Shown: piece by piece, positions 48,098 through 57,549 of the stretch | Position numbering within the stretch: position 1 is the first letter of the stretch | Layout of the letters: each line of letters starts with the position of its first letter | NCBI GenBank assembly: GCA_029865835.1 | Contig: JARXAL010000061.1 | Span: 1-61,892 of the forward strand | Reading direction: 5' to 3' | Source of the DNA: Verrucomicrobiaceae bacterium | GTDB lineage: Bacteria; Verrucomicrobiota; Verrucomicrobiia; Verrucomicrobiales; Verrucomicrobiaceae | DNA length: 61,892 nucleotides | Made by a program: the position numbers and the translations under genes | Notes under the pieces: generated by a model | What the model was told of the DNA's origin: nothing | The model's database searches: none | Seen by the model: only the letters and a program-made list of their open reading frames with translations

Positions 48098-48826
48098 ATG
48101 TCTCGCCTAAAAAAGCGCCTTTTCCCTCTACTAGCGTCCTGTTGGCTCTCCTTGAGCGCCTCCATCTTAGCCGCTGAGCCTGGCTGGCTTGTCTACGAAC
48201 TCAAATTCACCCCCGACGTCGTTGGCAACGTCAATTTCCAATTCTACACCGGAGCTTATATTGTCGCTCCTGTCATTGGTGGCCCTTCCTCACTGATCCT
48301 GACCACCGAGGAAAACGGTCGCCTCTACACACTGGCTCCCAACGCCGCCCGCATCTTCACCGTCGCCAGCCCCGCTTCGCGCAAGACCGTCCTCTCCGCC
48401 ATCGCACTGAACGGCTCCGCACAAGCCTCCTACATGGCCACAGGTGACATCAATAAGACTGTCTCTCTCCCCGGTGCCAAAGGCATCCGCTCTTTCCGAG
48501 TCGCCGCCGGCCTCCGCGGCACCCTGATCGCTAACGATGACGACTCCGAAGCCCGTGCGGTGTCTCCCGATGGAACCCTCGGCATGGTCGGCAGCGCCAT
48601 CATTGAAGGAACGCTTCGCGAAGACCTCACCTACAATGCCAGCCAGCACGCCACCCAATCCGACGCCCTCCTCTACCTTGCCGGACTGCTGGAACGCTAC
48701 GGCTACACCGCCGAAGGCGCTCAACCTGCCACTCCTGAAACCATCGAAGGAAGCTCCTCTCTCGAAGGCACCGACGCTTCCCTTTTCCCTGCAGACAGCG
48801 CCGTCGAAAAGCCTGCCAAACGCTAA
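48098..48826 (+). CDS. Hypothetical secreted protein preceding gspE
   Basis: Signal MSRLKKRLFPLLASCWLSLSASILAA from the ATG at 48098. No recognisable domain. The stop is 9 nt before gspE. Confidence 0.5.
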   Translation: MSRLKKRLFPLLASCWLSLSASILAAEPGWLVYELKFTPDVVGNVNFQFYTGAYIVAPVIGGPSSLILTTEENGRLYTLAPNAARIFTVASPASRKTVLSAIALNGSAQASYMATGDINKTVSLPGAKGIRSFRVAAGLRGTLIANDDDSEARAVSPDGTLGMVGSAIIEGTLREDLTYNASQHATQSDALLYLAGLLERYGYTAEGAQPATPETIEGSSSLEGTDASLFPADSAVEKPAKR

Positions 48827-48835
48827 TTTCTCCTC

Positions 48836-50560
48836 ATGAAAAGTGTCCGACAGGCCCTCACCCAATGCCTGGAGGCATCCGGTGGCAGTGGCGTTTCTCT
48901 TCCCTCAGCCACCCCTAGCGTGTCCGTCATCGGACAAGTCCTGGACCACAGCAAAGTCAATGAGGAAACCTTCCTCGCCAATCTCGCTAACCGCCTGAAC
49001 ATGCCTTGGGTGGACATGCCCATCCCTGACTCTGCCGACGGCCCCGAACTCAAACGCCTCCTGCCTCCCCGGGTCGCCCTGCGTCATCAACTCCTCCCCC
49101 TCTCTGTCGAAGAAACGCCCCCACCCGCCGAAGCTGCCGAGGGCACCCCTCCCCTTCGCAAGCTCGTCCTCGCCACCAACGACCCCTTCAACCTCATCGC
49201 CCGCCAAGCCGTCGCCCGCGAAGTCACCGTCCCCGTCCGCTGGTGCCTCGCCCCAAAAAAGCGGCTCTTCAATGCCCTTCGCGACTTCTACGGCGTCGGT
49301 GCCGACACCTTCGAAGAAATCCTCAAGGGTCGCGATGTCGATTCCGCCGACCTGGAACAGCGCGACGAAGCCAACATCATCGACGCCGACGACGAGGAGG
49401 CCTCCGTCGTCAAATTCGTGAACCAAATCATCCGCGAGGCTCTCGAACAGCACGCCACCGACATCCACGTCGAACCCATGGAGGAAAAACTCCGCATGCG
49501 CTACCGCATCGACGGTCGCCTCCGCGAAGTCCCGGTTCCCGAAAACATCAAGCAACTCCAGCAGTCCGTGCTCGCCCGCCTCAAGGTCATGGCCAAACTG
49601 GACATCGCCGAACGCCGTCTTCCCCAAGATGGACGGATCAACCTCCAAATCGGCGGCCAATTCATCGACGTCCGCGTCGCCACCATCCCCTCCGTCGAAG
49701 GCGAAAGCATCTCCCTGCGTCTTCTCGGCCAGGAAAAATTCAACCTCGACCGCCTCCAGTTCGAACCCGACCTGCGCCGCGAAACCGAAGCCCTCCTGAA
49801 AAAACCCAACGGCATCATCCTCGTCACCGGCCCCACCGGCTCCGGCAAATCGACCACCCTCTACACCTTCCTCTCCCAGCTCAATACCGAGCACCGCCGC
49901 ATTGTTACCATCGAAGACCCCGTCGAGAACAAACTCCCCGGTGTCGTCCAAATCGCCGTCCGCCCTGAAATCAACCTCACCTTCGCCACCGGCCTCCGCT
50001 CCATTCTCCGTGGTGACCCCAACATCGTCATGATCGGGGAAATGCGCGACCTCGAAACGGCAGAAATCGCTATCCGCGCCGCCCTCACCGGCCACTTAGT
50101 CTTCAGCACCCTGCACACCAACGACGCCATCGGCGGCATCATGCGTCTCGTCGACATGGGCGTCGAGCCCTTCCTCGTCTCCTCCTCCGTCCGAGCCTTC
50201 TTCGCCCAGCGCCTCGTTCGCGTCCTGTGCCCGGAGTGCAAGCAACTCGATCCCCACGCCGAAGAAAAACTCCGCGAATTCGGTTACACCGGCCCCATGG
50301 ACCGCCCCGTCTTTGCCGCCCGCGAAGGCGGCTGTGAAGCCTGCCGTCACACCGGCTACCGCGGCCGAATGTCCATCTACGAACTCGTCCGCCTCACCCC
50401 TGCCATGGGCGAACTTGTCACCGCCCGCGCCGGCGCTAAAGCCCTCGCCGAACAGGCCGTCAAAGACGGCTACCGACCCATGCGCGAATACGGCATCCGC
50501 AAAGTCCTTGAGGGCATCACCACCGTCGAGGAAGTCATCAGCGTCACTGTCGCCGACTGA
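48836..50560 (+). CDS. gspE: Type II secretion ATPase GspE
   Basis: T2SSE N-terminal domain, Walker A GPTGSGKSTTLY, Asp/His boxes, and the tetracysteine motif CPEC...CEAC. Confidence 0.9.
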   Translation: MKSVRQALTQCLEASGGSGVSLPSATPSVSVIGQVLDHSKVNEETFLANLANRLNMPWVDMPIPDSADGPELKRLLPPRVALRHQLLPLSVEETPPPAEAAEGTPPLRKLVLATNDPFNLIARQAVAREVTVPVRWCLAPKKRLFNALRDFYGVGADTFEEILKGRDVDSADLEQRDEANIIDADDEEASVVKFVNQIIREALEQHATDIHVEPMEEKLRMRYRIDGRLREVPVPENIKQLQQSVLARLKVMAKLDIAERRLPQDGRINLQIGGQFIDVRVATIPSVEGESISLRLLGQEKFNLDRLQFEPDLRRETEALLKKPNGIILVTGPTGSGKSTTLYTFLSQLNTEHRRIVTIEDPVENKLPGVVQIAVRPEINLTFATGLRSILRGDPNIVMIGEMRDLETAEIAIRAALTGHLVFSTLHTNDAIGGIMRLVDMGVEPFLVSSSVRAFFAQRLVRVLCPECKQLDPHAEEKLREFGYTGPMDRPVFAAREGGCEACRHTGYRGRMSIYELVRLTPAMGELVTARAGAKALAEQAVKDGYRPMREYGIRKVLEGITTVEEVISVTVAD

Positions 50561-50622
50561 TCCCAAAACGAAAGCCCTCTCCACCGGCGTTACTTCCCAG
50601 CACCCATTCGTCGCTCCCTCCC

Positions 50623-51903
50623 ATGCCCGCATTCACCTACCAGGCCACTGACCCCACCGGACGCACGGTGAACGGCACCCTGGAAGCGACCGACCGCGGT
50701 ACCGCCGTCCGCCTCCTCAGCGGCAAAGGCCTGCAACCCTTTCAAGTCAAAGAACACGGCACCCCCGCCACCGCAGCCAAGACTGCCCCGGCTCCAGCCA
50801 AAACCCCTGCCACCAGCAGCAAAAAAACCACCGCCCACACTGGCGCCGATGGTCGCGTCAAACTCAGCACCGGACAGGTGCAAACCTTCGTTGAAGAACT
50901 CGCCGAACTGCTCGGCGCCGGCATGCGCCTCGAGCCCGCCTTAAAACTCATGGAAGGCCGTGGCGAAGCCGTCACCGCCCACCGCCAGGCCGCCCGCCGC
51001 ATCGGCAACCTCGTCCGCGAAGGTCACCCCTTCAGCAACGCCCTGCGCCAGGCCTCCCCCTCCTTCGGCGAACTCTTCTGCGCCGTCGCCGCCGCAGGCG
51101 AAGCTGGCGGCTCCCTCGCCGAGTCCATGCAACGCCAAGCCGCCTACCTCGCCAGCGCCCGCGAAATCCGTGCCCGCGTCAGCGTCGCCCTCATCTACCC
51201 CAGCTTCCTCCTCTTCGCCGCCCTTGCCGTCTCCATCCTGTTCGGCACCTTTTTGATCCCCCAACTCACCCAGATGGTTCAATCCATCAGCGGCAGCCTG
51301 CCAAAAGGCATCCAGGTCATCCTCTCCGTCACCAATTTCCTCAAAGCCTGGTGGCCCGCCCTGATTCTTGGCCTTATCGGCATCATCATCTTGTTCACCC
51401 TCTGGGCGCGCAGCACCGCAGGCAAGCCCGTCTGGGACCGTGTTCAACTCCGCCTCCCCCTCGCAGGCCCCGTCCTCCAGGCCAGCTTCCACAGCCAGTT
51501 CCTCGAAACCCTTGCCAGCCTCACCCTCGGCGGTCTTCCCCTGCTCAAAGGCCTCGATCTCGCCGCCGGTGTCAGCAGCAATCTCTACATCCGTCGCGAA
51601 GTCAAACGCGCCGTCGATCTCGTCCGCGACGGCGGCTCCCTCTCCCGCGCCCTCGAACGCACCAACCTCTTCCCCACCAACCTCCTCGAAATGGTCCGCA
51701 TCGGCGAACACACCGGCGAACTCGGCGATGCCCTCCGCCGCTCCGCCGACCGCTGCGCCCGCGACCTCGGCAAAAAACTCGAAACCGCCGTCGCCATGAT
51801 GCAGCCCCTCATCATCCTCCTCATGGCAGGCCTCGTCGGCGTCATGGCCTACACCATGATCTCCGTCGTCTTCGAAACCATGAACGCCGTCCGCGCCAGG
51901 TAG
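50623..51903 (+). CDS. gspF: Type II secretion inner-membrane platform protein GspF
   Basis: Typical N-terminus MPAFTYQATDPTGRTVNGTLEA, two T2SSF repeats, and three TM segments. Confidence 0.9.
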   Translation: MPAFTYQATDPTGRTVNGTLEATDRGTAVRLLSGKGLQPFQVKEHGTPATAAKTAPAPAKTPATSSKKTTAHTGADGRVKLSTGQVQTFVEELAELLGAGMRLEPALKLMEGRGEAVTAHRQAARRIGNLVREGHPFSNALRQASPSFGELFCAVAAAGEAGGSLAESMQRQAAYLASAREIRARVSVALIYPSFLLFAALAVSILFGTFLIPQLTQMVQSISGSLPKGIQVILSVTNFLKAWWPALILGLIGIIILFTLWARSTAGKPVWDRVQLRLPLAGPVLQASFHSQFLETLASLTLGGLPLLKGLDLAAGVSSNLYIRREVKRAVDLVRDGGSLSRALERTNLFPTNLLEMVRIGEHTGELGDALRRSADRCARDLGKKLETAVAMMQPLIILLMAGLVGVMAYTMISVVFETMNAVRAR

Positions 51904-51911
51904 TCGCCGTC

Positions 51912-53525
51912 TCACTCGCGCACGGACTCAGACGCGCAACGATGCCGGGTCACTTGCTCAAACGCATACGCATACGCCAGCAACTCAGCATCCGCTCCCG
52001 CCTTCCCAATGAAGGTCACCCCATTCGGCGCGCCTTCCCCGTTCAAACCCAGCGGCACCGTGATCGCCGGATACCCTGCCGTCGCATACAATGCGGAGTG
52101 CACATTGCTCAAACTCACCAGCACCTCCACGCCGCTTTCCGCAAAAGCCTTGTCCAGCAAAGCCCTCGCCTCACTCCTAACTTCCATCGCCGCCTCCTCA
52201 TACACCCCCTTGAAATCGCCCTCAGCCACTCCAGTCTGTTTTTCAATCGCCGCCAAAACCTGAGTAGCCGCCTCAAGAATATTCTGTCCCCGTGGCGCCC
52301 GCGTCTCCCGTCGCGCCTCATTGTAAGCCTTCAACTCCTCCACCGTCCGAACCTCCGCCCCAGTCCCCGCGATGTAACCCAGCGTATCCACCGAAAGCCC
52401 AAGGCAAATCACCGGAAACAGCCCAGGCTTCCCCTCAAAACTCTCACCCACATCCCGGCAAACCGCCTTCGCACGACTCAACCCCTCGTCGATTCGCCTC
52501 AACCACTCTCCCTCTTCCCCTCCCTCCCCTTTCGCCTTGATTCCTGCCCGCAGCACCCCCACCACCACCCCCTCCAAAGCATCCGCCTTCAACCCCTCCA
52601 CATAATCTTCCTCCCCACCATCCATGGCCCCCAGCAGCACCGCCGCATCCGCCACCCATCGCCCCACCGGTCCCGCCGAATCCTGAAACCGAATCAACGG
52701 CACCACCCCCTCCCCACTCACCATCCCCAAACTCGGCTTCATCGCCACCACCCCGTTCATTGATGCCGGAGAAATCAGCGACCCCGACGTCTCCGTCCCC
52801 ACACTCACCACCGCCAACCCCGCACTCGTCGCAATCGCCGAACCACTGCTCGACCCCGATACGGGAAACCTTTCCCCATAAGGATTCACCCCGATCCCAC
52901 TCACCGCATTGTAACCCGCAGGTTCCGTCGTCAAAACCCCCGCCAACTCCGACAATGCCGCCTTCCCGAGCACCACCGCACCAGCCGCCTTCAGCTTCGT
53001 CACTAAGACCGCATCCTTCGCCGGTGAATGATCCAACAAAATCTCCGCCCCCGCCGTCGTGTGCATCGGCGCCATCGTTCCGATGTTGTCCTTCAAACTC
53101 AGAGGAATCCCATGCAAAGGCCCCAACCAGCGACCCCCCACCCGCTCTCGATCCGAAGTCCGCGCCTCCTCCAAACACCCCGGATTCAACTCAATGTAGC
53201 TGCGCAACCGACCATCATACCGCCGGATCCGATCCAGCAAAACCAGCGTCAACTCCTCCGAAGTCACCTCCTTCGCCTGCAAAGCCGCCTGCACTTGCAG
53301 CACCGTCGAGGCCTCAATCAACGTCGTCACCCGCCTCACACTCTCCGAACTCAGCCGCCCCAGCGCCGCCTCAAACGGCGTGAAATCCAACTCCCTCAAC
53401 CTCGGCACCTTGCCCTCCAACACCTCGCTCAAAACCTCCCCTCCCTGACGCCGGCACCCACTACCCACCACCAAAAACATCCCCACCCAAAAGAGTCGCA
53501 GGCAAAAGGCCGCTTTGCATTTCAT
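51912..53525 (-). CDS. Amidase-signature family amidase, probable lipoprotein
   Basis: LKDNIGT (catalytic Lys), GSSSGSA, and GTETSGSL. The signal or lipobox MKCKAAFCLRLFWVGMFLVVGSGC starts at the ATG at 53525; the track start is 53570. Confidence 0.85.
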   Translation of the reverse strand: MKCKAAFCLRLFWVGMFLVVGSGCRRQGGEVLSEVLEGKVPRLRELDFTPFEAALGRLSSESVRRVTTLIEASTVLQVQAALQAKEVTSEELTLVLLDRIRRYDGRLRSYIELNPGCLEEARTSDRERVGGRWLGPLHGIPLSLKDNIGTMAPMHTTAGAEILLDHSPAKDAVLVTKLKAAGAVVLGKAALSELAGVLTTEPAGYNAVSGIGVNPYGERFPVSGSSSGSAIATSAGLAVVSVGTETSGSLISPASMNGVVAMKPSLGMVSGEGVVPLIRFQDSAGPVGRWVADAAVLLGAMDGGEEDYVEGLKADALEGVVVGVLRAGIKAKGEGGEEGEWLRRIDEGLSRAKAVCRDVGESFEGKPGLFPVICLGLSVDTLGYIAGTGAEVRTVEELKAYNEARRETRAPRGQNILEAATQVLAAIEKQTGVAEGDFKGVYEEAAMEVRSEARALLDKAFAESGVEVLVSLSNVHSALYATAGYPAITVPLGLNGEGAPNGVTFIGKAGADAELLAYAYAFEQVTRHRCASESVRE

Positions 53526-53625
53526 CTGTGGTAAAATTAGGATTCCCATCGCCGCCCGTTTGCGTTTCAATCAATTGGTCGCTTCCCCAATGGAAACACC
53601 CCGCACTCCAAATCAATCCTCAATC

Positions 53626-54018
53626 ATGAAAAAAAGAACACTCCCCCTCGCTCTCCTCGCCCTAACCAGTGCCGTGCTCCCCAGTTGCGTCATCGACCCG
53701 CAAGCCCTCGATGCCCTCGCCAACTCCAGCCGCCCCACCTACTACCCACCTCCCCAAGTCCATCCTTATCGCTCCTCCTCAGACTACTACAGCTCCGGCT
53801 ACTACCCCTACTCAACGCCCCCAAAAACAGCCTCCACCTCCAGCCAAAAAGCACACACCTATGACGTCGCCTACCGCGTCGGACAGGACGACTTCCACCA
53901 CAACCGCCCCAAACACATGGATCAGCACAAAAACCTGTTCGACGCCACCACCCACGACTCCTTCCGCAGCGGTTACGAAGCCGGCTACGACGCCGCCCGC
54001 AGAAACGCCAAACGCTAA
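53626..54018 (+). CDS. Tyr/Pro/Ser-rich lipoprotein, unknown function
   Basis: Signal plus lipobox MKKRTLPLALLALTSAVLPSC. A low-complexity YYPPPQVHPYRSSSDYYSSGYYPYS segment. Followed by an intrinsic terminator. Confidence 0.5.
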   Translation: MKKRTLPLALLALTSAVLPSCVIDPQALDALANSSRPTYYPPPQVHPYRSSSDYYSSGYYPYSTPPKTASTSSQKAHTYDVAYRVGQDDFHHNRPKHMDQHKNLFDATTHDSFRSGYEAGYDAARRNAKR

Positions 54019-54044
54019 ACCACCTCTCCTCTAACACCTCCTCA

Positions 54045-54079
54045 CCCCCACCCCGACTCCGCTCGAGGTGGGGGTTTTT
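54045..54079 (+). terminator. Rho-independent terminator
   Basis: 8-bp GC-rich stem CCCCCACC/GGTGGGGG with a 14-nt loop, followed by TTTTT. Confidence 0.6.
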
Positions 54080-54395
54080 CATGAACCCGAATTCCGCGAT
54101 TCGAAGTGGCTCAGGCGCTGCCTTGCTTGCCGTTCCAAGGCGTTGCGGCTCGCAGTCCCTGTATCTTGACGATACTGGGCAAGAGCTGCGGAGTCTTGGA
54201 ACCGCAATGAAGGTGGCGAATGGGCCGCTTCCAATGGCGGAGTTCGGGATGAATCCCCCTCACCCCTCCACTCCCCTTTTGCAAACACCCCCAAACAGCG
54301 CTAAACACCCCTCAAACAAAAATCCCTCCCAGCGGCGTTGACCTCATGAACACTTGATTGTTGATACCCACGTTCCACCCGCCAACCTTCCCCCC

Positions 54396-54821
54396 ATGAA
54401 ACACACCCGCCCCCTCCTCGCCCCCCGCCAAGCGGGCTTCACCCTCATGGAAATGATGCTCGTCCTCGGCATCATCGGCATCCTCGTCGGCATCTCCGCC
54501 GTCGCCCTCAGCGGCACCATGGGTGACGCCGAAGAAACCAAGGCCAAAACCCAGGTCCGCAACATCCAGATGCACCTGCTCCGCTTCAAAACCCACTCCG
54601 GCGGTCTCCTCCCCACCAAACTCGACGGGCTCGTCACCAAACCTTCCGGCATGCAGGGCAAACCCTGGAAAAAATTCGCTGATGAAAAAGACATCGTCGA
54701 CCCCTGGGGCAGCCCATTCGTCTTCCGCAACCCCGGCAAAAAAAATGCCGCCGGTTACGATGTCTTCTCGGTAGGGCCGGACAAAAAGGAAGGCACCGAC
54801 GATGACATCTGGATCGACTAA
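54396..54821 (+). CDS. gspG: Type II secretion major pseudopilin GspG
   Basis: Prepilin leader ending QAG|FTLMEMMLVLGIIGIL. C-terminal DPWGSPFVFRNPG...YDVFSVGPDKKEGTDDDI. Confidence 0.9.
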   Translation: MKHTRPLLAPRQAGFTLMEMMLVLGIIGILVGISAVALSGTMGDAEETKAKTQVRNIQMHLLRFKTHSGGLLPTKLDGLVTKPSGMQGKPWKKFADEKDIVDPWGSPFVFRNPGKKNAAGYDVFSVGPDKKEGTDDDIWID

Positions 54822-55290
54822 CCGACTCCGCCCGACTCCAGCCGGATTCACCATCCTCGAAGTGATCGTCGTCATGGCGATCATGATCATGATGATCGGC
54901 GTCGCCGCCTTCGCTATTCGTCAGGACGACCCCGAACCCTCCGTCCGCAAACCCGCCGACGACCTCATCCGCCTCGCCAAAACCGCCGTTCGCGGCTCCG
55001 CCGTCCAAGGCCGCAGCTTCTCCGTCCTCTTCGAAAAAAAAGGCTTCGCCCTATTCGGATCCGACGACGGCCAGCGCGACCACATCTCCCTCCCCACCGG
55101 CATGAAAATGTTCGTCAAACGCTGGGGCGCGCGCTCCTGGGAACCCGCTGAAGGCTTCCGCTGGACCTTCGGCATGCAGGGCCTTTGCGAGCCCATCGCC
55201 GTTCGCCTCGCCGCCAAAGACGCTGTCCTCGAAATGAAATTCAACCCCCTCACCGGCAGCCCCAGCGACGAACTCATCGAAACCTTCTGA
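54802..55290 (+). CDS. Minor pseudopilin, GspH-like
   Basis: Prepilin N-terminal methylation motif PAG|FTILEVIVVMAIM. The size and its position after gspG fit GspH. Confidence 0.6.
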   Translation: MTSGSTNRLRPTPAGFTILEVIVVMAIMIMMIGVAAFAIRQDDPEPSVRKPADDLIRLAKTAVRGSAVQGRSFSVLFEKKGFALFGSDDGQRDHISLPTGMKMFVKRWGARSWEPAEGFRWTFGMQGLCEPIAVRLAAKDAVLEMKFNPLTGSPSDELIETF

Positions 55291-55712
55291 TGCACCCACC
55301 CCGCCACACGCCCAGAAACCGCGGCATGAGCCTCTTTGAGGTCATCATCGCCCTCGGCGTGTTCGGCATCGCTGCCCTCGCCCTCGTCAAAACCATGCAC
55401 GTCATGGGCGAGACCACCCTCGAAGCTCGCACCATCCGGGAAGTCACCCAGGGCCTCGAATCCATCATCGACGAATACGGCAAAGTACCCGCCCTCCAGG
55501 AACTCGACGAAGAAATCACAGCCGAAAAAACCGGTGTCACCTACCAGGTCCTCATTCGCCCCCTCGAAGGCCTCCGCAACAAAGAGGGCCGCGAACTCCA
55601 GGGCTTCTTCACCATCCGCGCCATCGCCAAATGGAAAAGCAACGGCCAGCCCATGGAACTCCAGGCCGAAACCATCCGCTTCGTCAACGCCTTCGTTCCC
55701 ATCGGCGGCTAG
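55290..55712 (+). CDS. Minor pseudopilin, GspI-like
   Basis: The ATG overlaps the previous TGA stop. Leader MHPPRHTPRNRG|MSLFEVIIALGVFGIAALALV. Confidence 0.6.
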   Translation: MHPPRHTPRNRGMSLFEVIIALGVFGIAALALVKTMHVMGETTLEARTIREVTQGLESIIDEYGKVPALQELDEEITAEKTGVTYQVLIRPLEGLRNKEGRELQGFFTIRAIAKWKSNGQPMELQAETIRFVNAFVPIGG

Positions 55713-55722
55713 CCGCATCCCC

Positions 55723-56469
55723 ATGTCCCCTCATCGCCTATCCACGTCCAGCCTCCATCGCAGCGCCTTCACGCTCATGGAAATGGTCATCGCCATGGGC
55801 GTCCTCGGCCTCCTCATGGCCGGCATCTTCGGCGTCGCCAAAAGCACCATGGAACTCAGCAGCGACCTCGCCTCCAGCCAGGAGCGCGCCATGCTGCGCC
55901 AAAACCTCATCGACTACCTCCGCCGCTCCTTCCGCAGCCTCCCGGGCAACGCCGAAATCCGCCTCCAAAACCGCTCCGTCAGCGGCACCTACATCCCCAG
56001 CCTCACCATCGTCAACGGCGGCAACAGCTTCTCCCCCGGCGACGCCCTCCCTCCGGAGACCGGCCTCGAACTCACCGCCGAACAGCGCCCCGGTGGCTAC
56101 CTCCGCGTCCTCCTCCGCTTCCTCGACGACCAGCAAACCCTCGCCCTCCGCTCCGGCCAAAACATGCGCGCCTCCAAAAACGATTCCCCGCTCACGCTCA
56201 TGGATCAAGTCAGCCAGTTCGAATGGAAGTTTTACGATCCAAACACCCAGCGCTGGGAAAACACCTGGAAAGACCCCCGCCGCCCCCTCATGGCCGAAAT
56301 GGTCGTGCAACTCGACGACGGCAAATCCATGCGCGCCGTTTTCTGGATCCCCCCCGTCGTCCCCGTTCAAAATCCCGTCGCGCCCGCCCTCAATCCAGCA
56401 GGAGGCCCCGGCGGAGCCGCTCCCCCACCCCCTGGCACCGTCCCCCCGCCCCCTCCGGCCAATCCATAA
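55723..56469 (+). CDS. Minor pseudopilin, GspJ-like
   Basis: N-terminal AFTLMEMVIAMGVLGLLMAG. The -1 residue is not Gly (HRS|AFTLME). Pro-rich C-terminus. Confidence 0.55.
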   Translation: MSPHRLSTSSLHRSAFTLMEMVIAMGVLGLLMAGIFGVAKSTMELSSDLASSQERAMLRQNLIDYLRRSFRSLPGNAEIRLQNRSVSGTYIPSLTIVNGGNSFSPGDALPPETGLELTAEQRPGGYLRVLLRFLDDQQTLALRSGQNMRASKNDSPLTLMDQVSQFEWKFYDPNTQRWENTWKDPRRPLMAEMVVQLDDGKSMRAVFWIPPVVPVQNPVAPALNPAGGPGGAAPPPPGTVPPPPPANP

Positions 56470-56481
56470 GCCCAAACCCAC

Positions 56482-57405
56482 ATGCTTCCCCCCGCTCAAC
56501 CCTCTCAGAACCAAGGCGCCGCCCTCATGGCCGTGCTCTGGATCATCGGGTTGCTCATCGCCCTCGTCACCACCACCGCCCTCCTCGTCCTCCAGGACTC
56601 CGAGTTCGACGCCACCCGCTCCCAAATCTTCCGTGCCCGCCTCCTCGCCGAAACCGGCGTCTCCCTGGCCATGCACCCCGACATCCGACCCGACGATCCC
56701 CTCCTCCATCAGATTCTCTCAGACGATGAAGAATTCAAAGTCGAAGTCACCGGAGAAGACGGCCTCATCAATCCCAACATCCTCCTCCAGCGCGAAGATC
56801 GCGACACCTGGCGCCGCATCCTCAGCTTCTGGGGCATCAAAGACCTCCAAGCCTCCGATGCCATCATCAACGCCCTCATGGACTGGGTCGACCCCGACGT
56901 CTTCGAACGCAGCCCCGGCGCCGAAGCCCGCGCCTATGGCCGCCCCGGCTTCCCCTTCAACCGCCCCTTCCGCTCCGTCGAAGAAATGTCCATGGTCAAA
57001 GGCATGCAACTCGTCGAACAAGCCTTCCCCGCATGGCGCACCTGGTTCAGCACCCACGCAAGCGGTGTCCTCGATGTCAACGAAGCCCAACCCGAATTGA
57101 TCAGCGCCCTCACCGGAGCCGACATCACCCTCGCCCGCCAGTTCCGCACCCGCCGCCTCGGCCCCGACGGCATCGCCAACACCAAAGACGACCTCCCCGC
57201 CCCCGACCTCGCCATCGCCATAAGCCGCCTCGGCATCAACGGCAACCCCCAACAACTCGCCACCCTCCTCTCCGTCACCAGCGGCACCCGCCGCATCATC
57301 TCCTCCGCCCGCGTCGGCAACCTCACCCGCCAACTCGGCATCGTCGTCCAAGGCGCTCCTGGCCAAACCGGCGTCGGCGCCATCCTCTGGATGGCCGAGC
57401 GCTAA
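56482..57405 (+). CDS. gspK: Type II secretion minor pseudopilin GspK
   Basis: N-terminus GAALMAVLWIIGLLIAL lacking Glu5, as in GspK. HhH-like VLDVNEAQPELISALTG. 307 aa. Confidence 0.7.
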   Translation: MLPPAQPSQNQGAALMAVLWIIGLLIALVTTTALLVLQDSEFDATRSQIFRARLLAETGVSLAMHPDIRPDDPLLHQILSDDEEFKVEVTGEDGLINPNILLQREDRDTWRRILSFWGIKDLQASDAIINALMDWVDPDVFERSPGAEARAYGRPGFPFNRPFRSVEEMSMVKGMQLVEQAFPAWRTWFSTHASGVLDVNEAQPELISALTGADITLARQFRTRRLGPDGIANTKDDLPAPDLAIAISRLGINGNPQQLATLLSVTSGTRRIISSARVGNLTRQLGIVVQGAPGQTGVGAILWMAER

Positions 57406-57457
57406 CGCCCGCCACCCTGACTCCCGGTGAAAGCCGGTGCACTGCAGCCTACTCGGT

Positions 57458-57513
<56 letters not shown>

Positions 57514-57549
57514 CCCTGAAACCCAAGTCAAAGGCCCGACCCCAGGCAC

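Noticed and set aside
48905-51915. Long minus-strand ORFs (48905..50095, 50096..50632, 50941..51915) opposite gspE and gspF.
   Set aside because: They are low-complexity G/A/E/D/V translations antisense to genes with unambiguous Walker and T2SSF motifs, so they are shadow ORFs.
54081-54341. 86-aa ORF in the spacer upstream of gspG.
   Set aside because: It has no ribosome-binding context and a low-complexity Pro/Ser-rich end, and the region folds into nested hairpins. It is treated as non-coding (see the finding for 54080-54395).
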